64,000 nt of DNA from Rhizophagus irregularis (Eukaryota). The position numbers were made by a program, and so were the translations under genes. Of the stretch, positions 1 through 13,700 are shown in pieces. The stretch is from contig NC_089434.1 of the NCBI RefSeq assembly GCF_026210795.1, positions 1,178,001-1,242,000 on the forward strand. The letters are read 5' to 3'. Positions within the stretch are counted from its first letter, which is position 1, and each line of letters starts with the position of its first letter. The notes under the pieces are model-generated. The model made no database searches. It worked only from the letters and a program-made list of their open reading frames with translations, and was not told where the DNA came from.

Positions 1-110
1 TGTTTACGAAATTCATGTCTTTTATGTATGTCATTGTGAATATTAAAATCTGTTAATCCATGAGATCTAGTAATTGCTGCGGAAACGAATTTATCTCGAA
101 TGTCAGACAT
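1..110 (-). CDS. 5' end (partial) of a TKL-family kinase of the same family as the tandem array
   Basis: Manual translation from ATG at 110 gives MSDIRDKFVSAAITRSHGLTDFNIHNDIHKRHEFRK. This aligns with array N-termini (NRARDLIDYNIYDNIHKQHEF) and the 59-kb copy (MSDIRNELV..DYNIHNDIHKQYEF). Runs off the window edge. Confidence 0.85.
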   Translation of the reverse strand, partial: MSDIRDKFVSAAITRSHGLTDFNIHNDIHKRHEFRK

Positions 111-695
111 GGAATTATTATTTTTTTTTTAGAAAAATAAATAAAAAAAAAAATTAGATAAACAAATAAATAAAAAGTTTTGAAAAAAAAAGAAATTTTG
201 TGAAAAAAGAAAAAAAAAAATAACGGCGATATAAAGGGAAAAAAAAGAGTGGCTAAATCGGAGTTTTATCCGAAAATATTTACTAAAACGTTTCACCCTC
301 ACGTGATTAAATTTTCCTTAATTATCACAACGGGCGTTCGTCACGTTATTTGTCACCATTAATCATGTGAAAATGAAACTTCACTTGTGGCGTACCAAGG
401 TAATTAATTAAGAAAGTTCATTTTTATTGGATAAAAAAAAATCCATTTAATAATTATTATAGTCGGTTAAATTTGGGATTGAATGTAAAAAAAATGATAA
501 TGATAATTAAAATACTATTTTTATAAATCCTTTGTAAAACAATGAAAATTGTAAACAATATTAAAAATATTTTAAGATATTACAATGGTTTTTTTTTTGT
601 CGCGCGATGTGAATTTAAGGGGAAGGTTATTCACTATCCAATCAAAAATGATAAATTATAACTATCCAAATAGAGAATAATATTTAGTCATTTCA

Positions 696-1152
696 TTACG
701 GATTATGATTAGAATTAATAATTTCTTTATTGTATAATTACGATCACAAAAGTACATAATTATCATTAATGACAATTTAATCAAAAAAAGTTTCATATAT
801 AATTTAATCTATTTTATAAAAGTTTACTACTGTATCGAATTTTAAATTATTTACTTTTCCACTTTTCCTACTTTTCCTCTTATTAGTAGGTCAAACGTTT
901 AAATAAATTTATATTACCGTTACGGATTATAATTAATTTTTTTTGTAAACTAAACCCGACCCATTAACTGTTAATATAATATTAATTATGGATAATTACG
1001 ACCATATAAATACATAATCATCATTCATATTTAATCAAGGTTTTACATAATTTAATCTATTCGTTATAAAACATTGTACAAAATTTCAAATTAAAAATTC
1101 TAGATAATTTACTTTTCCTGTTAATAATCTTAATTTATCCAGTAGGCTGAAC
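696..1152. repeat. Degenerate tandem duplication, ~200-250 bp units
   Basis: Motifs ttacggattat, ataattacga, tacataat, ataatttaatctatt, atttacttttcc and agtagg occur in the same order at ~696-897 and ~920-1152. Confidence 0.6.
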
Positions 1153-1512
1153 TTTTTTTTTTTTTAAAAAAAAAATTTATTTTACTGAATATTATTCGGT
1201 TTTAAAATTTTTTTCTTTATAATATTATTATTTTTAAAATTAATAATACGAAACATTAAAACCTATTTTTTTTTAGCGCTATACTTTTATATATAAATAA
1301 ATCATCAATGGAGTAAAGTTGAGAAATTCGATTGTTAAAATAACTCAAGAAAAAATTCAACATAAAATCTTTTCCGTGGTTTCAGCATATGCACAACGAA
1401 ATTCGATATACTGCACCGGTTACATTAATATATCGATTTCCTTGGGACATCCATGTCGACATACCATATCTTCGTAAAAAAGGTCACAACTGAAAAAGTT
1501 TTTGCATTAGGG

Positions 1513-1800
1513 GCTTCTGGCCATTTGAATATTTGGTGGCAACTACCGCATAGCGCTGCATATAGAACTCCCGAGAAACTCAGCTTAGATTGAATAGTAC
1601 CCTGGGGGTACAATAGTACCATAATACCCTAGTACTATATAAGGGGAAGTACATCAAGCTTCTGGTCATTTGGTTAAATATTTGGTGGCAACTACCGTAT
1701 AGCGCTGCATATAGAACTCCCGAGAAACTCAACTTAGATTAAATAGTACCCCGGGAGTACAATAGTACCATAGTACCATAGTACTATATAAGGGAAATAC
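1513..1800. repeat. Two-copy ~145-bp direct tandem repeat, possibly a mobile element remnant
   Basis: gcttctgg...atatttggtggcaactaccg.atagcgctgcatatagaactcccgagaaactca...tagtactatataaggg starts at 1513 and again at 1658. GC content is higher than the flanks. Confidence 0.85.
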
Positions 1801-4495
1801 TTTTGTAGAGTACTGTTATGCCGCGCTCTTTTCGTCACGGGGAAGGTCTCATGATATCCATGCCCTATCCTGTCAAAAGATTAAATTAATCCGTCAATTC
1901 CGTATTTTACTTAAGGGTCGATTACTCTGATATATGGTTACTGTGTATATATCTCCTTTTTTAATATATTCAGGCACCTTACTCAATTAGTACGCTGATT
2001 GATTAAAATTTATTATGGAATAGAGCATCGTTCAAACACTTCATGTTTTCACATTATGGATCCTCATTACCGACATCAACGGGTTCTTGAACCATAATTG
2101 TAATTGCTTTAATAATTATTTTACGGGAAGTCCTAGATATCATTGATTATCACATTCAATTTTACCTTTTAACTGATAGACATTTTTAGCTTATCCTTTT
2201 AAGTAAACATCTATTAGTTTATAACAATTTCAAATAAGGAAATCACGGACGACTATTAAATTAAACCCATCAAGACGTACATTTTTTATAAAGATCATCG
2301 TTATTACTACGTTCAATTCCATGTTTCCCAAGCCTGGTTAGCACGTTTAAAATTATCTTACTCGGATTTAATTGGATCTCTTACTCGCTGCAAATACTTA
2401 TTATTACATTCCTATTTATTCATTAGGCTTCTGATGATATCTATCATTCATTAACATATTTTCAGCTTCACCATTTTCATCACCTAGTCGAGATAATAAA
2501 ATTTATGACGGAAATGAAATTCTCAAAAAATGTATCAAGAATCGATCCTAAATAGTTTGTGCTACTTTTGATGCAATAGTATATGAAATTATTAATAAGT
2601 AACTGAAGCATCAATTACTATCTTTCGATGACAATGGTTAAAAAATCGCATTACGATCATTATTCGAGAACGGTTCAATACGTCGTCATTGGCGAAGAAA
2701 AAAAGAAAGAAAATTTAAAATTTAAAGCAAAATGAAAAAAAAATGAGCAGACAAAAAAAAAACCAATTATTTATATCAACGAATTTAACACAAATTTTGT
2801 GTATTACTTCATACAGCAAATTTTAATGAAATTACAAAATGTATGACAGAAACAGTTGCTCTTGGTGATAATACCGATTTTCTATTGTAATAACGATTTT
2901 CTAGTCGATTTTCTATCGTACAATCTTTTTTTAAGACTTTCTACAAGTATCATCAGATAGCTTGATCAAATGTATAAACAAATATTTTGATCAATATTAA
3001 AACATGATCCACTTGTAGAACGTATGATATCGTTATTTAAAGATAACATGATATTGGGATCAAAAAAGATAGGGAATATATATACAGTATATACATATAA
3101 TCATATATATATATATATTAATTAGTAATACATTAAAAAATAATAAATAATTTTCATGTTGCACACATGGGAGAATGTCATTACAACATTTAACGGAGTA
3201 ATAACCAAAAATAGTTAATTGCGTTATCTATATAGTGTGAAAAAGAAGTGAAAAATAATCGGAAAATCCTTCGAATAATTAAACTCCAAGCTTTTCCTAA
3301 AACTCTAATACTAATTTGTTGGTTATCCGTTAATCAACAGCTAAGCCATTGTAAACTATCCGGAAACGTCATAAAAAATGCGGGGTTGCTCGAATCATTC
3401 GGTTATTTTGACGATGATTTCCCAGATATTTTTAGAACGCGTAGGGATGGTTTCCGGACTTTTTTTATAGGGAGTAAAAAATTCTATCATATATAAAAAT
3501 ACTTGATGTACGTACCAAATTCACAACAATTTCACGCGAAATAGAACAAAGCTAGGTAATCGATTAGTCCATTACAACCGTTGTTCAACATCACCTTCAA
3601 GTAATAAAGAGAACTAATAAAGTAAGTATCAATATATGTGACTAAGCAAAAATTGATTCGTGCATTTATTTAAAGAACAACGAAAAATTTTCATTTTAAA
3701 AACATGAAGAACTTTGAATGGCGTAGCAAACTGCAGTGTATTATTAATTTATTTTATGTGTAAAAAAACAAATTTAATTTTTGCATTGTTGATCATTGCG
3801 GTATAAATTGATAAGAGTAGGGAAAATTCTTTTCAAGAGCATTTGTACAATTTGTACAATAACGAAATGCTTTATATATGCGATTGTGTGATTTGTGTTC
3901 AACAAATACATGCGCGCTTAAATAATTGTGTGTAAATCGAAGATAGAAAATAAAAAGTTATTGTGTTTAACATTGCAACAAAAATAAGATAACAGAATAA
4001 CAAAAAAATGTTGAGGGGATTTACAAAAAAAAAATTATCTTTTAAACTAAAAGGTAATCTTTCTCTTTTTTCTCCCATTCCATTATCCATTCATTCATCA
4101 TCATCATCATTAATCGTCATATACTATATTTTTTCCCCATTCCTTTTTTAATATATATCATACTAATTTTACTTTTTTTTTTTAATTAATTAATTTACAA
4201 ACTCTTTTTTGTTTCCTTTCCTTTTTTATATTAATTAAAATAAACAACTACACTCATTTTTTTTTTCCGAAAGTTAAAAAAGTTTTTTTTTTAATTTATT
4301 TTAATTTATTTTTTTTTCTTTTTTTTTTCAAAAAAAAAACTGCTTTTTTTGGTTTTTTTTATTTATTTATTTATTTTTATATATACACATACATTTCTTC
4401 AATTTTTGGTTTTTTTTTTAAAAAAAAAATCATTTTATATATTTATTTTATATATTTATTTATATTTTATAAATATATAAATTTTTTTTTTCAAG

Positions 4496-6848
4496 ATGCC
4501 AACTCGACAAACATGGAAGACCAAGATTCGAGGAGTATTAAGATTATTCAATTCTTCTTCAGCGAAAGGTAAATTACATACATATAATATTATTCAATCG
4601 TTTATTTATCGTTTATTTGTTTAATCGTTTGTTTGTTTAATTGTTTTCTCCAAATTTAACATTTACCAAATTTAATCGTTCGCCAAAACTTTATCGTCCT
4701 CCAAAATTTAAAACTTCATCCGTTAATCCATTCTTAATCGTTCGCCAAAATTTAATCTTCATATCTCCACTCGCCAAAATTTAATCTCCATATCTTCCAC
4801 TCGCTAAAATTTAATTTCCATATCTTCCATCCGCAAAAATTTAATCGTTTCTCCAAAAAAGCTGCTAGGAATGAAGAACTTGAATTTACGCCCTCTGCCG
4901 CATACTCTGATGATTCAGAAGATTATTATTCTGATGATGATGAATTAGAAGGAGGAAAAAAACTTAGAAAAAAAGGTCCTTTAATTATAAAACCCGTTTT
5001 ACAAGAATGTTATGAATGTGGTAAATTAAGAACCATTAATTGGTGTAAAAATTGTGAATCAAAAGATTTTATTAAAAAATTTTCAAAATGGTCAAGTAAA
5101 AATGATTTATTAGATAAATTTATTAGAAATACTCAATATAAGGCTTATAGTCATAGATATTATTGGGAATGGATCCCTTTTGAAAAATTTTCTAATATCC
5201 AATTTTTAACTAATGGTGGTCAATCTAATGTATATACTGCCATTTGGTTAGAAGGTCCAAGAAATTTATGGGATAATGAAAATTTTATGTTTGTGAGACG
5301 TAAATTATGTAAAGTAATTTTAAAAAGATTACCTTACGCTCCAAATAATATAACTCCTGAATTCATTAATGAGGTAAATGATGATGTTGTTGTTTATATA
5401 TGTATATATTTCTTTATTAACGAAAAATTTCTTAATTTCTCTTATATAATAGCTTCGAAAATGTTATGGACATCAAAGATCTCGTTGTAGTCGAATCGTA
5501 CAAATATATGGTTTAACTTTAGATCCAAAATCAGGTCGTTATATGTTAGTAACAGCTTATCATAATAAACTTGATATTCGAACTTTATTAAAAGAAAGTT
5601 CGGATTTTTCTTGGTCTGATAGATTAAGATTATTACAAGATTGTGCTGAAGCTTTATCAGATATTCATTCAAAAGGTCACGTTCATAAAAATATTCATCC
5701 TGGTAATTTATTATTACATACAAGAGGAAAAAATATTTTTTTAAATATTAGTGATCTTGGTTTATGTAATTATAATAATAATAATAATAATAATAATCAT
5801 AATAATCATAATAACAATAACAATAATAATAATAGTAATAATAATAGTAATGATGAAATATTAGGTATAATACCTTATGTAGCTCCAGAAATTTTTAATT
5901 GTTGGCCATATACTCAAGATTCTGATATTTATAGTTTTTCCATGTTAATGTTTGAATTAGCTACTGATAGACCACCTTTTTATGATCGTGCTCATGATCA
6001 ACATTTAATCTTTGATATATGTGAAGGTTTAAGACCAAAATTTGATTTTAATGAAATACCTGAATGTTATGCTGATTTAATGAAACAATGTTGGGATACT
6101 GAACCTGTAAGCAGACCTTCTGCCAATGAAATTCTTATTACAGTTAAAAGTTGGAATTTTGATGATTTCTTAGATAAGAAATTTAATGATCAAGATTTTG
6201 ATATACATCCTGATGCTATTTATACTAGTAGACCTCTTGGTGAATTAATATCGCGTGAATTGGAACTTCAAGATCAAGCTTGGGAGGGTAAGTTATACAG
6301 TAGGTGATCGATCTGACATTTAACATTTTTTTACAAATATTAATGACGTTTGTTTTTTAGAAACCGAGTTACATAAGCAAGATAACTATAAGCAAGATAA
6401 TGAGATGGAAGGATCTTCCTCCGCTTTAGAAGAAGACGAAGAAGACGAAGAAGACGACGACGAAGAAGAAGAAGAAGAAGAAGAAGAAGAAGAAGAAGAA
6501 GAAAGTGATGATGATGATGATGAAAGGGTGACAAATACTAAACATGGTGATGATAATTCAAATTCTGAACAATTAGTTGAATCTAAAACAAATGAATTTC
6601 AATTAAAACTAGAATTAAATTTCGGATTCTCAAGTGATTTGACAAAGATTATAAATCAAAATAAATCAAATGAGCGCGTTGATGATGGTGACAACAACGA
6701 CGACGAATCTTCTTCAAATAATACGACTTCTCCTAATACGAGCGTATTTGATGATTCTTTAACTGAATCTTCTTCAAATAATGCGACTTCTCCTAATACG
6801 AGCGTATTTGATGAAGAATCGAAACACGAAGATGATACTTCTAATTAA
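4496..6848 (+). CDS. TKL-family pseudokinase, ~635 aa, with acidic C-terminal tail
   Basis: Exons 4496-4568, 4862-5373, 5453-6287, 6361-6848 join in frame over GT-AG introns (1908 nt). Motifs: CYEC..WCKNC, WEWIPFEKF, NGGQSNVY, VILK, HKNIHPGN, SDLG, PYVAPE, DIYSF, CW...RP; poly-E/D tail. Confidence 0.85.
4645..4858. repeat. Intronic minisatellite (~20-30 bp units, core cgccaaaatttaatc)
   Basis: Repeated ccaaaatttaatc / tccactcgc units inside intron 1 of the pseudokinase. Confidence 0.6.
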
Positions 6849-7267
6849 ATTAAACACAAGAGGAGGATACTTTGAAATTATTTTTTTATTTTAAAAAAAA
6901 AAAATTTTTATGAATGAAAAATTTCGAGTACATATACAAATTTATTGATATTAGCTAACTTGTAACGCAATTCGCGTAATATATTAACTATTTATTAATA
7001 ATAAACACATACAAGATTAATAATGATTTTTATTTTTGTTTTGTTTTATTTGATTTTTTAAAAAAAAATTTATACGTTATATACAAACAACGTCAGGTAA
7101 TCACATAAACTCGGAAAGTCCAACCAACTTTCCTTTTATTTGTGTCATTCGACACGATTTTGAATAATATAAAACTAAAAAGACTCTTACTTTTATAAGT
7201 AAACTTATTATTTACAATTATATACAATGAAAAATTTCGACGTTTTCTGATTAATGACGCTACTCAC

Positions 7268-10200
7268 TCAATCTAAAAAAATTGAACTTTGAGATTGAAT
7301 ATCTCTTTCTTGTTTCACGACTCTTAGACTTTCATTATTTTCGACCTCTATTGTTGAATCATCATTCTTCGTTCGTTCTTTCTTGATCTTTGCCGAAATT
7401 GACGAATCATCGTTTTTAATTAACATCCTTCTTTTCTTGTTCCTTGCCGAAATTGGCGCAATCCATTCTCTTGACGAAATTGACGAATCATCATCACTTT
7501 CTACCTGTTCTTTCTTGATCATTGACGATGAATAATCATTGATTATCATCCTTCTTTTCTTGACTCTCAACGAAATTGGCGAATCATCATTTAAATTTAT
7601 CACCTTCTCTCTCTTGATCTTGACCCTTGACGCAATTGACGAATCATCGTTTTTAACTCTCATCTTTCTTTTCTTGATCCCTGCCGAAATTGGCGCAATC
7701 CATTCTCTTGAAGAAATTGACGAATCATCATCACTTTCTACACGTTCTTTCTTGATCCTTGACGAAATTGGAGAATCATCATCACTTATAATCTCTACCC
7801 GTTCTTTCTTGATCCTTGCCGAAATTGGCGCAATCCATTCTATTGACGAATCATCATCACTTATAATCTCTACCTCTTTCTTAATCCTTGCCGAAATTGG
7901 CGCAATCCATTCTATTGACGAATCATCATCACTTATAATCTCTACCTCTTCCTTGATCCTTGCCGAAATTGGCGCAATCCATTCTATTGACGAATCATCA
8001 TCACTTATAATCTCTACCTCTTCCTTGATCCTTGCCGAAATTGGCGCAATCCATTCTATTGACGAATCATCATCACTTTCTACCTGTTCTTTCTTGATCC
8101 TTGACGATAAATAATCATTGATTATCATCCTTCTTTTCTTGACTCTCGACGAAATTGGAGAATCATCATCATTTAAATTTATCATTTTCTCTCTCTTGAT
8201 CTTGACTCTTGACGCAATTGACGAATCATCGTTTTTAATTCTCATCCTTCTTTTCTTGATCCTTGCCGAAATTGGCGCAATCCATTCTATTGACGAAATT
8301 GACGAATCATCATCACTTTCTACACGTTCTTTCTTGATCCTTGACGAAATTGGAGAATCATCATCACTTATAATCTCTACTTGTTCTTTCTTGATTCTTG
8401 CCGAAATTGGAGAATCATCATCACTTATAATCTCTACTTGTTCGTTCTTGATTCTTGCCGAAATTGGAGAATCATCATCACTTATAATCTCTACTTGTTC
8501 TTTCTTGATCCTTGCCGAAATTGGCGCAATCCATTCTATTGACGAAATTGACGATTCATCATCACTTTCTACCTGTTCTTTTTTGATCCTTGACGATGAA
8601 TAATCATTGATTATCATCCTTCTTTTCTTGACTCTCGATGAAATTGGCGAATCATCATCATTTAAATTTATCATGACCCTTGACGCAATTGACGAATCAC
8701 CGGCATTTTTATTTACTGAATCATTCTTGATCTCCCGTTCCTTTTTGATCACTGGATCATCACGACTATTAATTTTTTTCGTAATATTCATTTTATTCTT
8801 TTTGACCCTTGACGAAATTGGAGAATCATCATCATTTTTGGTTTCTTCTTTGATTAATACTAAATCATCCTTGATCTCCTTGTCCTTTTCCTTATTGGTC
8901 ACTGAATCATCACGACTCCTAATTTCTTTCTTAATATTCTTCATTTTATTCTTTTTGACCCTTGAAGCAATTGAAGAATCATTATCATTTTTGTTTTCTT
9001 CTTTGATTAATACTAAATCATCCTTGATCTCCTTGTCCTTTTCCTTATTGATCACTGAATCATCCCGACTATTAATATTCTTCATTTCATTCTTTTTGAC
9101 CCTTGACGAAATTGGAGAATCATCATCATTTTTGGTTTCTTCTTTGATTAAGATCGAATCATCCTTGATCTCCTTGTCCTTTTCCTTATCGATCACTGAA
9201 TCATCACGACTATTAATATTCTTCATTTCATTCTTTTTGACCCTTGACGAAATTGGAGAATCATCATTTTTGGTTTCTTCTTTGATTAATACTAAATCAT
9301 CCTTGATCTCCTTGTCCTTTTCCTTTTTGTTCACTGGATCATCACGACTCTTAATTTCTTTTTTAATATTCTTCATTTTATTCTCTTTGACTCTTGACGC
9401 AATTGAAGAATCATCATCATTTTTGTTTTCTTCTTTGATTAATACTAAATCATCCTTGATCTCCTTGTCCTTTTCCTTTTTGTTCACTGGATCATCACGA
9501 CTCTTAATTTCTTTTTTAATATTCTTCATTTTATTCTCTTTGACCCTTGACGCAATTGAAGAATCATCATCATTTTTGTTTTCTTCTTTGATTAATACTG
9601 AATCACCCTTGATCTCCTTGTTCTTTTCTTTTTTTATCTTTACTGAATCATCATGACTCTTAATTTCTTTCCCATTCTTTTTGACTCTTGACGCAATTGA
9701 TTTGTTTTCTTCTTTGATTAATACTGAATCATTCTTGATCTCCTTGTCCTTTTCCTCTTTTATCTTTACTGAATCATCATGACTCTTAATACTTGAATCA
9801 GATTCTATTTTAATGGCAACCATCTTTCCCTTCCTTTTACTTGAAAGATTACTATAAATATTTTTTTCAATAAACCATTCGTAAGGACGATAATGAAGGT
9901 GTAAAACGGCTACCGGATTATTACCAAACTTTGTGAGTGGTTTTATAGTTTTTAATAAATTTTTTGGTTGATCAAAAGTTACACCAGAACTATAATGTGT
10001 CATTACTTTAATATCATTATAATAACGTATATTAGGTAATTTTTGATCATTACCAAATTTTAAGGATTTATTTCTTTCTATAATACCAATATGTGAAGCA
10101 AGAACTCTAGCTTTATAAAAATAAACAGATACAGAACCTAATCCACCATATTGCATTTTAGGTAATCTGACATTATCCTTTCTTACAAAAGTAGATTTAT

Positions 10201-10766
10201 TAAATTCGAAATAATGTTTATGTTGACGATTGATATCTTTAAACCCATTTTTAAATACGGGGGAATCATTAACCAATCTTAATGAAGTAGAATCATAACA
10301 TCCATCAACATAAATGAAGGCCAACATGGGAGATATTTTTGAAGCATTATCAGATGATACTTTGATGACGTAATTAGATTGTAGAGGCGCAAGAGCGAAA
10401 TGTGAAAATGATCTATTTATAAAAAGAATTTTATATACGTGTGAATTTTTTTAAAAATTTTTTTTTTTAAAAAAAAAATATATGTATATATATATATATA
10501 AATGTTGATACATACAAAAATTCTTGTTCACGGAAATCATTATAGACGAATGATTTTCCAGTCGTTGAGACCTTTTTAATGATCAATAATAAAAAGAAAA
10601 ATCAATTAAAAAAAAATAATGTCGGTCATTAATATCATTAAACAAATAAAAAAAAATATATATATATATAATAATATCATACCTCTAAATCTGTAATAGG
10701 AATAGCATATTCTTTCAATGGTCTTCCGTTCACCAAAAGTTCTACCGTATAACCTTTGATATGCAT
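7268..10766 (-). CDS. ~1094-aa protein: N-terminal globular domain (resembles fungal DUF7918-type domain) plus long charged tandem-repeat region
   Basis: Exons 10766-10683 (MHIKGYTVELLVNGRPLKEY..), 10571-10516 and 10412-7268 join in frame (3285 nt, GT-AG). N-domain motifs AFIYVDG, GSVSVYFYKA, PVAVLHLHYRP. The domain name is recalled resemblance only. Repeat units of ~47-51 aa and 19-24 aa. Confidence 0.82.
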
Positions 10767-13700
10767 AATAATTTTGAAAAAATAACAATGAAACTAATTT
10801 TGGAATTATTTTTATACTGAAAGAGGAAAAGTACATTTAATTTTTAATTAGCCAAATTTTTTATTATTAAAAGAAAAAGAATGAAAATGGTTTACGGAAT
10901 AACTTACAGAATAATTTTCCTAAAATATTTTTCCTCTGTAAAAATTTTTCACGCTTTTAAAAAAAAAAAAAAAATTTTTTCGGTTAAGAAGTTTCAAAAA
11001 AAAAAAAATCGGTTTTGGAAATCGGTCATCAATTTTGTGGATCAGATGTTCATTCATCATCTTCCCGTGACGTATAATATATGAACTTGATTGAACAACT
11101 GATGAGGTGATGAGTTGATGACCATTGACCGACACGTCGGACCGAACTTGACATAGAAGTAATAATAGTAATAATAAAATTAATAAATTAACGTTTAAGA
11201 TTTTCACATCATGTCGTGAATCATTTCATTATATGTAACCTTACTTATTTTATATCGGAATTATTACTATTAATTCAATAGTTTAATTTATCTATTTTAG
11301 CTAATTATACTAATTTAATGTTATCATCGGTTTAGTAATTAATAAAAAATTATTAACAACGGAGAGTAACAGGAGTAAGAATTAGGATAGGGATTAATGT
11401 TTGCACAAGTGGCGTAAAGTATTAAGAATTGGGGGAAGAGTATCGTAATATTATTAGGAGATTATTAGGAGATTATTAGGAGTACATCTTTTAGACTCTT
11501 TAGTGAAAGACCAACCCCCTTAATTTCTGGCAAATACTGGCAGATACTGGCAGATACTGGAAGATAAATGAATAATTTTGGTCAAATTTTACATCATACC
11601 CCTTATATATGGGACCCTTTATATGGTATCCTTAAAATGGTACCCATAAGTATACTCGGAATCGCTCCGAATGCTTCGTTTAATAATAATGGGCATTAAT
11701 TATTATTTCAAAAGAACTTTACCATTTCAAAAAGAACGTTAACACTTTTTAGTATAGGACGAAGAAATTATAATTATTTCCACAATTTTTCACTAACAAT
11801 AATCAAAAATTTTTTATCGATATCTAAATTTAGGCAGGCACTTAGAGAGGCGGTTTTATCATCAAAAAAAGATTCTTTTAAGATAATCTTTTTAATTGCG
11901 TGATTACACGTAAATTATTTAATAATAATAATTATAATGATTATTCAATATTACTAAATTGTATTTTACGCATCGCATCATAAAAATAGTAACTTCATAG
12001 TAAAAACTTATATTACTGCGTAGATATCACTAAAATTACTGTACTTCAATGAAACATGATGTAAATCAATTTAACCAATAAAAATATGCAGCGAATCAAA
12101 GAATATCACTTTCAAACGTCTAATAAAAAACCAACAACCCCTTCTTTTCCGTAATTACAATAAATTCTTGATACATATAATACATATATATTAATATTAA
12201 TATTTATATGTAATATATATATAATAAAATTTTTTTTTATTATTATTGTTATATAATGTTGGTTATCTAATGGTTTTATCTATATTTGAATTTGGGAATA
12301 AATAAAATTTTTTTTAATTTTTTTTTTTTTTTTATCTATCATCATTATTATTATTATCATTATCAGTTATTATTATTTTAATTATTATTTTTTTTATTTC
12401 CGAATTTTTTTTTTTTTTTGATTTAACTAATAATGGTTTATTTAATAGTTTTAACACATCCGGAATTTTTAAGGAGGGCATTATTATCTCCTTATTCAGG
12501 TTATCTCTTCCATATCGGGAATTCTTGTGTTTAATTAGGTTTTTTTTGTATTCATCCAATAAAATCTTTTACGTTTAAAATCGCCATAAATCGATATGAT
12601 TTTTTTTTTTTGTTCAAAAGTAGTAAATTGTCTAAATTTGGTTATTAAAATTTTTTTTTTTTTATAATTATAAATAATAAAATATCCGACGGGCTTGTTT
12701 GTTTTTTTTTTTCTTACTTACAGGACTATTACATTACTAAACTAAAACGTTTGATAATCAAAAAAATTTTTCTTTTATAATGTCGTCATGTGTAAATTTT
12801 TTTTAAAAAGAAATGCTTGAAATGTTTGATAAAATGTAAATGTTATAAGTATGTGTAAAACTATAATCTTATCGAATTGTATGATTGCATTAATAGCCGG
12901 AGGAAACCGAATGAATGGTATAATAACATATATATAAAAGATAATACATATATAATACATATATAATACATATATAATATATAATATATATATATATAAT
13001 AATAATAATAAACAACTAATAGTATATGACGAAAAGATAAGATAGGATTCATGTATGTTTATGTGATTTTAATTAATGACTAACCTTAAATGAATTATTT
13101 ATTATCGTATAATTTTCCTGAATGGCAAAAATTTCTTAAAGATGTTGTATTACAACTTCTTCCAAAAAAAAAATAATTAGTAAAAAAAAATAATAATTTT
13201 TTTTTTATTTTTTTTATAGACAAGATTTCCCCCTCTTTTTTTTGTAATTTAGTATTTTAAAAAAAAAATAAAATAAATTTTTTGAATTGTGTTACATTTA
13301 GCTTCATACCGAGACATTTTACGAAATTGGACAATGCTTTTTTTTTTTATTACTATAAAAATTTTGTCTGGCATAAAATAAAAAAAAAGGGTCACACGGT
13401 TAAAGTTAAATCAAAAACCTTAATATATTAATTATTTACTTTTTCCCCCAATTTTCGGAGTTTCACAACATCAAACCATATTAAGTATTTATCATATGAA
13501 TGAGAACAAAAATTTTTAAATCGCGAACGTAATAGAAAGAAAGTTTTTTTAAACAATGTAAAGCGAAAAAAAAAGGTTCGTTACCAAAAATATTTATTTC
13601 ATTCCAAAAAAAGACATAATGAAAAAAGAAAAATAAAATAAAAAATATTTTAATTTTTTCTCACACCTTTTTTTTTTACATTGACAATCAATTGATTGAA

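Noticed and set aside
6340..6534. Minus-strand poly-His/Leu ORF
   Set aside because: Antisense of the GAA/GAT repeat encoding the pseudokinase acidic tail.
7539..9656. Three long + strand ORFs (191, 161 and 349 aa) rich in S/L/I/F
   Set aside because: Antisense shadows of the repetitive K/D/E-rich minus-strand gene, which has proper exons and a globular domain.
7300..9800. Regularly repeated DNA resembling a CRISPR array
   Set aside because: Repeats are in-frame coding units without unique spacers. There are no cas genes and the context is eukaryotic.
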